A stretch of 63,580 nucleotides of DNA, filler included, from an uncultured Myxococcia bacterium (GCA_964617105.1; 4 parts of 4 records of this genome joined end to end with filler, not necessarily neighbours in it), one strand, 5' to 3'. Numbered from the whole stretch's first letter, positions 9,554-20,800 are shown. Numbers and translations are program-made. Notes: a model not told the origin generated them from the sequence alone.

Positions 9554-10852
9554 ATGAATAACCACCAATTGACGGCCAACCAGGTTCGCCAACTTCATGA
9601 CCAATACACCTTTAGTACCATTAACTATTACCAGGAACCCCTGGTTATTACCGAAGGGAATGGGGTCTATGTCAAAGACCTGACCGGACAAGAGTACCTT
9701 GATTTTTTTGGAGGTATCCTCACGGTTTCTATAGGTCACTGTCACCCAAAAATCACCAGATCTATCAAGGAACAGACCGACAAACTGCACCACATATCTA
9801 CGCTGTACCCAACCCTGCCTATGGTCCAGTTGGCAGAGAAACTAGCCCAAATTACTCCGGGCAAACTGAAAAAAACTTTCTTTACCGCATCCGGCACCGA
9901 AGCCGATGAAACCGCGGTTATGCTGGCTTTCAGCCATACTGGCAGCAATGAACTTATTGCTTTGCGCCACGGTTATTCAGGACGTTCAGCTCTGGCCCAG
10001 TCGCTGATGGGACACGCTTCCTGGCGCTGCCTTCCCACCCAAATCCCGGGAATTAAGCATGCCCACAATCCTTACTGTTACCGCTGCGCTATGGGATTGA
10101 CCTATCCCAACTGCGACCTGAAATGCGCCACCGATATAGAGGAGTTGATCCAAACTACCACCACTGGCAAAATTGCTGGTATGCTGGCCGAACCTATTCA
10201 GGGAGTGGGTGGATTTATTGTTCCTCCTCCCGATTACTTTAAAGTGGCCGTGGATATTGTTCGGAAATATGGTGGCATTTTTATCTGTGACGAAGTGCAG
10301 ACCGGCTTTGGCCGCACCGGAGAAAAGATGTTCGGCATCGAACACTGGCAGGTGGAACCAGAAATTATCACCATGGCCAAAGGGATTGCCAACGGACTCC
10401 CCTTAGGCGCTACTATTGCCAACGAAGAGGTAGCCGGGGCCATTCAAGGCTTAACTATCTCCACCTTTGGCGGCAATCCTCTAAGTTGTGCCTCAGCCAA
10501 TGCCACTATCCAGGTTATTCAGCAGGAGAATATCCTCACTCACGTGGCTCAGATGGGCAAACTTTTAAAGGATGGACTGATGGAGTTGCAGGAGAAATAT
10601 CCGGTTATCGGTGATGTCCGGGGCAAAGGACTGATGCTGGCGGTGGAGATTGTAACCGATGAACCAGGCGGAGATCGGACTCCCAATCTGGAAGAAACCG
10701 GACGGATTTTTGAAAAAGCCAGAAAAGAGGGTCTGCTGGTGGGTAAAGGCGGGCTGTACGGCAACGTATTGCGCATAGCTCCGCCCATGAGTATAGACCA
10801 GGCTGGCATCGAATCAGGATTAAAATTGCTGGACCAGGCTTTTGCCTCATAA
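9554..10852 (+). CDS. Class III aminotransferase, probable beta-alanine/beta-aminoisobutyrate aminotransferase (PydD-like)
   Basis: SGTEADE, EPIQGVGG, DEVQTGFGRTG, MAKGIANG (PLP Lys), TFGGNP. ATG 9554 follows GGGAGAG. Substrate inferred from operon context. Confidence 0.85.
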   Translation: MNNHQLTANQVRQLHDQYTFSTINYYQEPLVITEGNGVYVKDLTGQEYLDFFGGILTVSIGHCHPKITRSIKEQTDKLHHISTLYPTLPMVQLAEKLAQITPGKLKKTFFTASGTEADETAVMLAFSHTGSNELIALRHGYSGRSALAQSLMGHASWRCLPTQIPGIKHAHNPYCYRCAMGLTYPNCDLKCATDIEELIQTTTTGKIAGMLAEPIQGVGGFIVPPPDYFKVAVDIVRKYGGIFICDEVQTGFGRTGEKMFGIEHWQVEPEIITMAKGIANGLPLGATIANEEVAGAIQGLTISTFGGNPLSCASANATIQVIQQENILTHVAQMGKLLKDGLMELQEKYPVIGDVRGKGLMLAVEIVTDEPGGDRTPNLEETGRIFEKARKEGLLVGKGGLYGNVLRIAPPMSIDQAGIESGLKLLDQAFAS

Positions 10853-10928
10853 AACTACGATTTACAAGTAAGGGGCCATTCTGGCATCCATCTGATTTGC
10901 TATATTTTTGAGTACGACATAAGGCTTT

Positions 10929-12305
10929 ATGAAAGGTAATCAAATGAGTATCTCATCTAGTAATGAAAACAGTGTTAACGGGTTAAAAAAGAACCTCAAC
11001 CTGCAGTCGGCTATGGATGAAGCCTCCAGGTGCCTGCTCTGTCACGATGCCCCCTGCAGCCAGCAATGCCCGGCCGGAACTGACCCGGCTAAATTTATCC
11101 GGAAAATCCATTTGCTAAATTTTAAAGGAGCGGCTCGCACTATTCTTACCAACAACCCCTTGGGCGGAGTTTGCGGACTGGTATGCCCCACCGATAAACT
11201 CTGCGCCCAGGGCTGCTCCCGGGCCGGCCTGGACAAGCCTATCAAAATTGGTGCTCTGCAAAAATTTGCCGTTGATTACGGCCGTTCAAGAGGATTTAAA
11301 ATTCCTCTGCCAAATATAGATAAAAACTCTGGCAAAAAAGTAGCCATTATCGGCGCCGGACCCTGCGGCCTGTCGGCAGCCAGGGAGTTAGCGCTTTTAG
11401 GACACCAGGTGACCATATTTGAAACTAAAGAACAGGCCGGAGGGATCTTGCGCTATGGAGTTCCCGAGTTTCGTTGCCAGACGGTTGACCTGGACCAGGA
11501 TCTGGCCGATATTTTGACCAAAGAGATCTGCTTAAAGACCAATCACCCTATCCAGGGAGAAAATGCGGTAACAGGACTGTTAGAGCAAGGTTTTCAGGCA
11601 GTATTAGTGGCCGTGGGGCTCCAAAAGCAACATAACCTGAACCTCCCTGGCTCTGACCTGGAGGGGGTGACAGATTCCGCCAATTTCCTCTGCTCCGCCA
11701 AAATAGATGGGGCAAACGGGGAAGCGGCAAAAATGGTAGCCAATAAAAACGTGGCCATTATCGGCGGCGGCTCGGTGGCTATGGATGCAGCCTGCACTGC
11801 CAGATATCTGGGCGCCAAAAAAATTTACGCCATCAGCCTGGAGGCTTTGCAAGAGTTGCCAGCCGCTGAAACCGACCTGGAATTAGCCCGGGCCAACCAT
11901 ATTATCTTCAAAAGCCAGTGTATAGTGGAAAATATTAAAGGTGAAAACAATATAGTCACCCAAATAGATGGGGTTGAATGTGAGTGGATAGAGCCGGGAA
12001 TATTACTTCCGCACAACGCTCGTCCCATCCCGGATACTAATTTTAGCATTAAGGTGGGAGCGGTAATCCAGGCTATTGGCGCCGGTGTGGATGAAATAAA
12101 TCAGGAGATTTTCGCTTCACTTAATAAACTTAATATATTTAATAAACAAGGCAACTTAATAGAAACCGATGATGACAGTTTAGCCACCTCAAGTCCCGGG
12201 ATCTTCGCTGGCGGCGACATCTCCAGAGGAGCATCCACAGTGGTGGAAGCGGTAAGAGACGGTAAAAATGCTGCTGTGGCGATCAACAAGTATCTTCAAG
12301 ATTGA
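10929..12305 (+). CDS. preT: Dihydropyrimidine dehydrogenase subunit PreT (GltD-like flavoprotein)
   Basis: EASRCLLCHDAPCSQQCP and CGLVCPTDKLC Fe-S motifs; GAGPCG and GGGSVAMD dinucleotide motifs; FAGGD; directly upstream of preA. Alternative start 10944. Confidence 0.9.
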   Translation: MKGNQMSISSSNENSVNGLKKNLNLQSAMDEASRCLLCHDAPCSQQCPAGTDPAKFIRKIHLLNFKGAARTILTNNPLGGVCGLVCPTDKLCAQGCSRAGLDKPIKIGALQKFAVDYGRSRGFKIPLPNIDKNSGKKVAIIGAGPCGLSAARELALLGHQVTIFETKEQAGGILRYGVPEFRCQTVDLDQDLADILTKEICLKTNHPIQGENAVTGLLEQGFQAVLVAVGLQKQHNLNLPGSDLEGVTDSANFLCSAKIDGANGEAAKMVANKNVAIIGGGSVAMDAACTARYLGAKKIYAISLEALQELPAAETDLELARANHIIFKSQCIVENIKGENNIVTQIDGVECEWIEPGILLPHNARPIPDTNFSIKVGAVIQAIGAGVDEINQEIFASLNKLNIFNKQGNLIETDDDSLATSSPGIFAGGDISRGASTVVEAVRDGKNAAVAINKYLQD

Positions 12306-12325
12306 TTTATGAAGGAGTTGAGATA

Positions 12326-13534
12326 ATGAAAAACAACAATCGTCTGGCAATTAACTTTTGCGGCGTAGAATTTGAAAATCCTTTTTGTCTGTCTTCATCA
12401 CCTGTATCCAACACCGCTGAAATGGTAGAACGGGCCTATGATGCCGGCTGGGGCGGAGTGGTGTTTAAAACCGTGGGCCGGGATTTACGGATCACCCATC
12501 CTTCGCCAAGATTGAACGCCTACCATTACCAGGAAAAACGGGTGGTGGGATTACAAAACGTAGAGATGATCAGCGACCGCACCCTGGAAGAAAACCTTAA
12601 AGATATCACCTATTTGAAAAAGAAATATCCCAACCGGGTGCTGATTGTCAGCATAATGGGGCTAAAAGAGGACGACTGGTCAGACCTGGCCCATCGTTGC
12701 CAGGATGCCGGCGGCGACCTGCTGGAGTTAAACTTTTCCTGCCCGCAGATGGCCTATGAAGGTACCGGTTCCGATGTGGGCAAAGACGAAGACCTGATTG
12801 AAAAATTTACTGTGGCCTGTAAAAAGGTGACCAGCATACCGATTATCGCCAAGATGACCCCTAATGTCACCGACATGACCCTGCCGGCTCTGGCGGCTAA
12901 ACGGGGCGGAGCAGATGCTATCTCCGCTATCAATACCATCAAATGTATATCTGGCATAGATATCGACAAATTTATTCCCCTGCCCAACGTGGATGGCAAA
13001 TCCACGGTCAGCGGTTTTTCCGGCCCTTCGGCCAAACCCATAGGGCTCCGATTTATCTCTGATTTGGCCAGGGAACAGCAACTAAATCTTCCCCTGTCAG
13101 GCATGGGCGGCATTGTCACCTGGATAGATGCGCTGCACTATATTCTGCTGGGCGCCTCCACCATACAGGTAACTACCAGTATTATGCGCTACGGATACAG
13201 AATAGTGGAAGAGATGATCGAAGGGCTGTCAGACTACATGGAAGAAAAAGGGTTTGACTCTATCGATCAGGTGTGCGGTAAAGCGCTGGAAAACCTGGTC
13301 ACCCCCGACCTGCTTAACCACGGAGTAGAAGCCCGCAGTCAAATAGATAGGGATCTCTGCCTGGGTTGCGGCCAGTGTTACATCACCTGCCAGGATGCTG
13401 GAAACCAGGCCATTACCCTGGGAGAAGACCGTAAACCCACAGTAGATGAAGATCGCTGTTTCGGCTGCCTGATGTGTAAACATATCTGCCCGGTTTGGGA
13501 CTGCATCTCCTATAAAATGGTGGCGCGACAATAA
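12326..13534 (+). CDS. preA: Dihydropyrimidine dehydrogenase subunit PreA
   Basis: ELNFSCPQ active site, KMTPNVT, AINTI, SGMGGI, two C-terminal CxxCxxCxxxC 4Fe-4S motifs; AAGGAG RBS before ATG 12326. Confidence 0.93.
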   Translation: MKNNNRLAINFCGVEFENPFCLSSSPVSNTAEMVERAYDAGWGGVVFKTVGRDLRITHPSPRLNAYHYQEKRVVGLQNVEMISDRTLEENLKDITYLKKKYPNRVLIVSIMGLKEDDWSDLAHRCQDAGGDLLELNFSCPQMAYEGTGSDVGKDEDLIEKFTVACKKVTSIPIIAKMTPNVTDMTLPALAAKRGGADAISAINTIKCISGIDIDKFIPLPNVDGKSTVSGFSGPSAKPIGLRFISDLAREQQLNLPLSGMGGIVTWIDALHYILLGASTIQVTTSIMRYGYRIVEEMIEGLSDYMEEKGFDSIDQVCGKALENLVTPDLLNHGVEARSQIDRDLCLGCGQCYITCQDAGNQAITLGEDRKPTVDEDRCFGCLMCKHICPVWDCISYKMVARQ

Positions 13535-13572
13535 TACCAACTTCCCGTACATTGATTAAAAAAGGTAAACCG

Positions 13573-14601
13573 ATGAAAGCAATGGTATTGCCTGCGATTT
13601 GTAATTTGGCAGAAAACCCCACTCCCTTAAAATTGCAGGATATCCCTATGCCGCAACCTGGAAAAGGGGAAATTCTGGTCAAAATTTCCGCCTGCGGAGT
13701 CTGCCATACAGAATTGGACGAAATAGAAGGCCGAACCCCGCCGCCATCTCTGCCCATAGTACTGGGACACCAGGCGGTTGGTAAAGTAGAAAAAATCGGC
13801 CCTGAATGTGGAGACTTTTCCCTTGGAGACCGGGTGGGAATTGCCTGGATCTATTCTGCCTGTGGTCAATGCCAACTCTGCCGGGAGGGTAAAGAGAACC
13901 TGTGCTCCCAATTCACCGCCACCGGGCGGGATGTCAATGGTGGGTATAGCCAATATATGAAGGTAAAGGAAAAATTTGCCTATCCTATCCCCCCTTTTTT
14001 CTCAAACAGTGAAGCCGCCCCCCTGTTGTGTGCCGGCGCTATCGGGTACCGCTCTTTGCGTCTCAGCAACCTGGCCGCTGAAAAAACCCTGGGCTTGACC
14101 GGTTTTGGCGCCTCTGGACACCTGGTAATGAAAATTGTGATGCATAAGTACCCAGGTAGTGATATATTTGTCTTTGCCCGCAGCCCTAAAGAGCGGGAAT
14201 TCGCTCTGGAATTGGGAGCTGTCTGGGCTGGAGATATTGGTGCGAGAGCCCCGGAACTATTGGACACCATTATCGACACTACTCCAGCGTGGAAGCCGGT
14301 GGTAGAAGCCCTGGCCAATCTAACCCCCGGCGGCAGGCTGGTAATCAACGCTATCCGCAAAGAAGAGATCGACAAGGATTATCTACTCAATCTGGACTAT
14401 CCCGCCCATTTGTGGATGGAAAAAGAGATTAAAAGCGTAGCCAATGTTGAACGGCATGATGTAAGGGAATTTCTCCAAATAGCCGCAGAGATGAAAATCA
14501 AGCCGGAGTTGCAGGAATACCCCCTCCAGGATGCCAACCAGGCTCTTATGGAACTGAAGGAAAGAAAAATCCGCGGCGCAAAAGTGCTGGTTTTAGATTA
14601 A
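13573..14601 (+). CDS. Zinc-dependent alcohol dehydrogenase family protein
   Basis: CGVCHTELD, GHQAVG, structural Zn CGQCQLC...C, APLLCAGAIG, GFGASGH. Confidence 0.9.
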   Translation: MKAMVLPAICNLAENPTPLKLQDIPMPQPGKGEILVKISACGVCHTELDEIEGRTPPPSLPIVLGHQAVGKVEKIGPECGDFSLGDRVGIAWIYSACGQCQLCREGKENLCSQFTATGRDVNGGYSQYMKVKEKFAYPIPPFFSNSEAAPLLCAGAIGYRSLRLSNLAAEKTLGLTGFGASGHLVMKIVMHKYPGSDIFVFARSPKEREFALELGAVWAGDIGARAPELLDTIIDTTPAWKPVVEALANLTPGGRLVINAIRKEEIDKDYLLNLDYPAHLWMEKEIKSVANVERHDVREFLQIAAEMKIKPELQEYPLQDANQALMELKERKIRGAKVLVLD

Positions 14602-14623
14602 CAAGTGATTAAGGAGAAGAACT

Positions 14624-15607
14624 ATGAATACCAATTTATCGGGCAAAGATTATATTTCTACCCAGGACTGGACCAGAGAAGAGTTGGATACTGCCCTGGA
14701 CGTTTCTTTTGACCTCAAACGCCGGTTTGCCCTGGGAGAACCACACCGGCTGCTGCAGGACAAGACCCTGTTTATGCTCTTTTTTGACAAATCCACCCGC
14801 ACCCGTAATTCCTTTGAAGCCGGTATAACCCAACTAGGCGGTCATGCTCACGACCTGACCCCGGAAGTGATGCAGATATCTCACGGTGAATCCCCCAAGG
14901 ATACCGGCATCATTCTTTCCCGTTACGGTCACGGCATTGCTATCCGCCACGATTTGGTTCCCGGTGAGGGCAACGCCTATATGCGGGAGGTGGCAAAATA
15001 CGCCAACCGGCCAGTGCTCAACATGCAGTGCGACATCGATCATCCCTGCCAGACCCTGGCTGACATTATGACCATCAAAGAAAAATTTCCCGGTGATCTG
15101 CGGGGTAGAAAAATTGTAGTAAGTTGGGCCTTTACCAAGAGTTATGCCAAACCTCTCTCAGTGCCTCAGGGACTGATCATGTTGATGCCCCGGTTTGGCC
15201 TGGATGTGACCCTGGTGCATCCACCAGAGTTTAGGTTGATGCCCGAGATCATGGAGCAGGCCAAGCAAAATGCCCAGGAAAACGGAGTGAAATTCGAAGT
15301 GGCAGACAACATGGACGATGCTTTTGAAGATGCCGATATAGTCTATCCCAAGAGTTGGGGAGTTTTGGAACTTTTTAAACAGCCCGAAGAGGCGCTAAAA
15401 CTGGCCTGCAAATATGAAGACTGGATCTGCGACCAGCGCCGCATGGATTTGACCAAAAAGAAGAGCATCTACATGCACTGCCTGCCGGCTGAGCGGGGAA
15501 AAGAAGTTACCGATGAAGTAATTGACGGCCCCCATTCAGTTATTTACGATGAAGCGGAAAACCGTCTCCACACTGCCAAAGCACTAATGGCCCTGACCAT
15601 GCAATAG
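14624..15607 (+). CDS. YgeW-like (knotted) carbamoyltransferase
   Basis: Carbamoyl-phosphate motifs STRTR and HPCQ plus MHCLP. Has SYAKPLSVPQG and YPKSW, typical of YgeW-type enzymes, and lacks the OTC DxxxSMG loop. Confidence 0.75.
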   Translation: MNTNLSGKDYISTQDWTREELDTALDVSFDLKRRFALGEPHRLLQDKTLFMLFFDKSTRTRNSFEAGITQLGGHAHDLTPEVMQISHGESPKDTGIILSRYGHGIAIRHDLVPGEGNAYMREVAKYANRPVLNMQCDIDHPCQTLADIMTIKEKFPGDLRGRKIVVSWAFTKSYAKPLSVPQGLIMLMPRFGLDVTLVHPPEFRLMPEIMEQAKQNAQENGVKFEVADNMDDAFEDADIVYPKSWGVLELFKQPEEALKLACKYEDWICDQRRMDLTKKKSIYMHCLPAERGKEVTDEVIDGPHSVIYDEAENRLHTAKALMALTMQ

Positions 15608-15663
15608 AAAGCCAGGCAACAAAATATATCCCGTCCAATGACCAAACCGGGCCAATTATACTT

Positions 15664-15989
15664 ATGGAGAAAAACGCCAGATATCTACTTATAGCCTGCT
15701 CTCTTTTTATTGCTTTGGCTATCACCATTCAATTTTTTCAGGAGGCGTTTTATCCTTTTGAAGTGGAACAAGATGAGGGATATCTGCTCAATTCAGCGGT
15801 GCGGCTGAAAGACGGCAAACCGATCTATACCCCTATAGATCAAGAGCCGAAACTGTTCGTAACCGACTATCCACCGGTTTATATTGCCTTGATGGCTTTT
15901 TTTGTAAAAATCTTCGGTCCCTCTTTTACTCCCGCCCGCATGTTCTCCTTTTTCAGCCTGGTGTTATCTACGCTGATAATCTGGCTGGC
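15664..15989 (+). CDS. Membrane protein, 5' fragment (GT-C/ArnT-like N-terminus), truncated at contig end
   Basis: TM helix, then DEG and YPP motifs and a second TM (ARMFSFFSLV); this order is typical of GT-C fold proteins. Runs into Ns. Confidence 0.5.
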
Positions 15990-16089
15990 NNNNNNNNNNN
16001 NNNNNNNNNNNNNNNNNNNNNNNNNNNNNNNNNTTAATTAATTAANNNNNNNNNNNNNNNNNNNNNNNNNNNNNNNNNNNNNNNNNNNN
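15990..16089. other. Artificial contig spacer
   Basis: N44-TTAATTAATTAA-N44, giving stops in all six frames. Confidence 0.98.
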
Positions 16090-17750
16090 GTTTCTGGCTG
16101 CGACTCGGCCTGAGTTTCAGTCTCCTCAGCCGAGGTTTCCGTTGGTGCCATTTCAGATGGGGTTGATTCTTCCGCTGCCGTATCTTCGGCGGGGACAGTT
16201 TCCACTGGAGTAGATTCGTCTACTTCCGGGGCAACACCCTCTTCTGACGGAGGTTGAACATCTTCAGTTGGCTCAAATTCACCCTCTTCCGGTGCCGCAG
16301 TTTCAGTTTCTGGCTGCAATTCACCAGGGGTTTCGGAAGCCACACCTGGTGCCTCAGTTTCCTGTTGTTGTTGTAACTCTAACTCTCTCTTTTGCTGCTC
16401 TTCTAACTCTTTGGCTTTACGGACCTCTTCTGCCTTTCTTATTACTTCCTGTTCTTGTTGACGCTCAAGTTCACGCGCTTTTTTCTTAGCCGCCCTCTCC
16501 CGTCTCTTTCTCTCCCGTTTCTTTTCTCTCTTGGCCAGTTTGATAAACCCTTCCACCCTCTCCTTTTCCTCTTCCGTCATCTCCAAAGATTTTTGGTACT
16601 TCTCAAAATAGTCCAAAGATTTTTGAAACTTATCGACTTTATCTACTCCGGGAATATCTTCATCTAAATAGAGAATAGCCAAATTATATAACACCTGAGA
16701 TTGATACTGAAATTTTTGGTCCTCCATCAATTGCAGGTATATTTCTTCCGACTTTTTATACTGTTTATTGGCTCGATAGGCATTGGCCAGCGGTAGATAG
16801 GCTTGTTTGTATTTCGGATAACTCTTGGTGACGATTTCCAACTGTTCCACCGCCAGTTTATACTCCATCTGCTCTATTAAAATTATGCCGTAATTTAATC
16901 TCAATTCAGGAAAGTTCTTAGTATATTTCAAGGCATTTTCAGTGTGTTTTCTGGCTTCTTTTATTTTGTCGTCTTTTAAATATATTCGCACCAGACCATA
17001 TTCGGCCTCACTACTTTTATTGTCAATCTCCAATATATTCTTATATATAGCCTGGGCCAATTCGTATTTACCATCTGCGAAAAAAATGGGTGCCAATTGC
17101 AACTGAGCTCCGGTATTTTTCTCATCATCACGCAAAACCGCCCTGATCTCTTTAATGGCGTCATCATTACGTCCAGTTCGCCGGTAAAAATAGGCTAACT
17201 GATTTCTTATTTCCAAATTTTTGGGAAAAGCTTTAACTTTACTATTAACTAACTCGTCCGCCTGGTCGCGATTGTCAGAGTTTAAGTAGATATTCAACAG
17301 GTTATTGATTGCAGGAATAAATTCCGGATTTTTCTCCAATGCCTGGTTATAATACCCAACCGCTTTTTCTATCTCTTCATATTGTTCGTTTAAAACCCCC
17401 AGGTTGAAATAAGCCAAAACATAATCAGGATCTGCTTTAATCGCCTCCTGGTATTTTGACATGGCTCCTTGGTAATCCACAAAGGCAAGTCGTGTTCCTT
17501 CCATGAACAACTCGTCACTGGGAGAAAAAACTGGCTCCTTGGGTTTTGATTCTTCCTCTTCTGCTACCTCTTCTTCAGACGCAGAGGCATCTACAGTCTC
17601 TTTTGATTCATCCTGTTGTTGTTGCTCTTCGACGGCCATGGGTTGAGCCGAGGCGGTTTCATCTGGTTTTGGTGGAGCAGAACTGCAACCATAAACCAGT
17701 AATAGCATGGTCATTACCGAAAAAACTTTTGTTTTTATTTTCTCTAACAT
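16090..17750 (-). CDS. TPR lipoprotein, GltE/AglT-like, with acidic tail; 3' end truncated by spacer
   Basis: Lipobox LVYG-C, many TPRs, VLYNLAILYLD near the end of the TPR array, then a Glu/Pro/Thr-rich tail; follows the GltD-like gene. Confidence 0.65.
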
Positions 17751-17858
17751 ATACCTTTGATTCTAAATTCACCCTATATATTAATATTATTATCCGGATA
17801 ATAAAAGATGAAATTAATTATCATCCTACAGCCTAAATAGCAAGTTAAAATTGGGTTT

Positions 17859-20800
17859 TTACTCTGTAGACTCCTCTTCACCACTCTCTTCATCCGAAGA
17901 ACTCTCTTCGGTTTCCCCTTCATTTTCAGAGGGTGCTTCAGACTCTCCCTCTTCTTCCGAAGTAGTTTCCTCAGTCTCTTTTTGCACGGCTTCTTCTTCT
18001 GAATTGACCTCTTCTGAAGATTCAGTCTTACCATCTTCTTGAGAACTATCCTCTTCCTGGTTCGCAGTTTCTTCTGCCTCAGATTGTTGTTCACCTTCAG
18101 CAGGTGGCTGTTCACCCAGTTCTTCTGTATTTTCTGCCGGAGCAGGCGGGGCGGTTTCCTCTCCTGTTCCCTCTTCGGTTGACGGAGCGGCTGGAGGCGT
18201 TTCAACCTCAGGCAGCTTCTCTTTGTCGATCCCCTTCACCTTTATCTCCTCCACCTTCTCCCCTTTTTTCAAATAATAAACCAATCCCTTACCCGAAAAC
18301 CGCTTCTCTTCAAAAACATATTTTGGTTTTTTCTTCAGGGGGAATTCCACCGGTCGGTAGCGGTTTAAATTCTCTTTGGCCTTTTCCACCCAATCATTAC
18401 TAACTTTGAATTTCTCCGACTCCTGGATAACTTTCTGATATGCTGCCACAGCCCTCTCTTCAATAGGCATGGCAAAATCCTCCAGTTGCATACGGTACAT
18501 ATCCGCCTCTTCCATGCTAAAACCTTTGGGAACAGGCGCATCAAACAGTGCTCTGGAAAATTCTTCATCTACATACCCGAGGCGATAAAATGAGGCCAGA
18601 GTCCACTCAACAATCTTAAAGGGAAATACCTCCTTGTACACATCTTTTAGAGATTTGTTCAACTCTGCCTTTTTCTCCAACAACTTCTTATCTTTTTTGG
18701 GCCGGCCGGTAAACTTTACCCTGGCATAAGGCTCAAACTGTCTATCCATCAGGATAAATTTGGCTTTGGCAGCAAAATAGGCGGAATGATCCTTTGGGGT
18801 TTTTCCCCGTCGATAAAATTCATCTATGGTTTTGGTGTAAAATTTATCCGCCAGTTTTCTATTTTTCTGTTTTTCGTAGACATCGGCTATTTTAAGATAG
18901 GCTTCCACCACCCGATCCGCCTGCTCTTTTTCCGCTCCATAACGACGAATAAAGCGTTGCAGGGACTTTATCATCCCCCGATAATCCTTTTTCTTTTCCA
19001 TCACCAGAGCCGAACGATAAAACATGTCGGCAGCGTCTTTTTGCTCTGGAAACATAATGGCATAACGCTGAAAATTGGAAGCAGCCCGAGAATAATCCTG
19101 TAAATACTCCAGAATAAGGGCGGCGTTGTACATGGCGTTGGCCCGGTTTTTAGAGTTAGTGTATTGATCAACCAACCGCAAGTAACTGTTGACCGCTTTT
19201 TCGTATTCAAAGTTTTTATCAGCAGCATTGGCTACATAAAAAAGCGACTCATCAGCCAATTCCGATTGAGGATACTCATTGGGGATCCGCTCATAGGTCT
19301 TCATAGCAGAGTTAAATCGATTTACCTTCATGTAAGCCTGAGCTGCATTAAAAAGCGCCTTATCTGCAAAACGATTGGTTGGAAAGCGATCTACTAGTTC
19401 AATATATAAATTGGATGCCTCATCATACTCTTTTTTATTAAAAAGCAAGGTGGCCTTTTTAAACAGAGCCCCGACCCGATTGATCTTTAGTCCTTCAACA
19501 AAAACACTATCATGGGCAGATAGACCAGATTCCAGGAAGTGACTGGCTATCTTGGCAATATTGTCATAGTCATTTTCAATTAAATAACTGTTAACAATCA
19601 AATTGGCGGACCAATTGGCCAACTGTTCCCGGGGAAATCTTTTAATGATGTCTAAAAAGCGAGTGCGCGCTTCATTAAAATGGCGGTAACTATAGTATCT
19701 TTCGGCAGTCTGATATATGATCTTCGAAGCCTGTTCGTGATCTGGGGTCATCTTAAGTAGCATATCACCAGCACTGACTAGTTTTAAAAAGTCCTCCGGG
19801 ATCTCTTCCGGTTCAACCGGGATAATTTCTTTAGGAGTAACATCCGCAGGATCGGGAACCGGTTTCTCCTTTATCTCAAGTTTACCCTCTCGAATCAACT
19901 GTTCCACTAGCATCCGGTAAGAATCAAAGGCCCCGAAAGTGGAGTCTTGCAAATATTTCTGATTAGTCTTGGTATCTCTTACCAAAACATACTGTTCAGC
20001 CGCCATTTCATATTGAAAAGAAAAATAGAGAGCGTCCGCATACAGATAGGTCAAATCGTAAATGTTTTTAGCAAAAGGATATCTCTTTAAATACTCAGAA
20101 TAAGAGTTAGCAGCGATTTTGTATTCCTCTACCGCCTCAGAAAATCGCCCTTCTTCGGTTAACTTTTGGGCCTGTCGATGATGAAAACCAGATGCCGATA
20201 AAAGCGATCTTTTAGTTAACTCCTCCGCTTTTTTCATCACCTCAGCCTTGGTCAGGTTGGCCTTATACCACTTGGTTCCTGGACTGTAGGTCGCAACTAG
20301 CCTTTCCTCTTCTTCCGCCACCCGAACAAAATTCCGCAGTTGCTGAAAAGCCTTAATGATTTTAACCTGTAACTCCGGTGCATCTTCTGCCAAAGGCTCC
20401 TTGTCCAAAATTATCTTATAACCTTTTATTGCTTCATCATACCTGGTCTGTTCAAAAAAAGCCTTGGACAAACGGCGGTAAATATCAACCTCGTAGGTTC
20501 TCCCTCCCAGGGAGTGATAATATTTATTCAGATTATCAATGCCACCCCAACCCTCTTCAGCATAACATACCGCAATATATTGCAAGGCTTCTTCTTTCAT
20601 GTCAGCCGATGCGTCTTTTCCCTTTTTTTCATAAAAATCTACCAGTTTGGTAAAATAATCAACCGATTTTTGAAAATACTCCTGAGTATCGGGGCCCGCC
20701 ATCCTATAATATGTCCAGGCCATTTTGTACAAAACCTTATCGTACAGAGGATGTTGTTCATTTTTCATCGCCTGGCTGTATGCGTGTAATGCCTTGGTCA

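Noticed and set aside
14624-15607. Annotation as argF (ornithine carbamoyltransferase)
   Set aside because: Lacks the DxxxSMG ornithine loop and has YgeW-type KPLSVPQ and YPKSW motifs.
16034-16045. TTAATTAATTAA palindrome recurring three times at ~16-kb spacing
   Set aside because: Embedded in N44 blocks; an artificial six-frame stop linker, not a biological repeat.
17774-18205. 143-aa Lys/Arg-rich ORF
   Set aside because: Alternate-frame shadow of the GAA/GAG-rich acidic tail of the 1224-aa gene.
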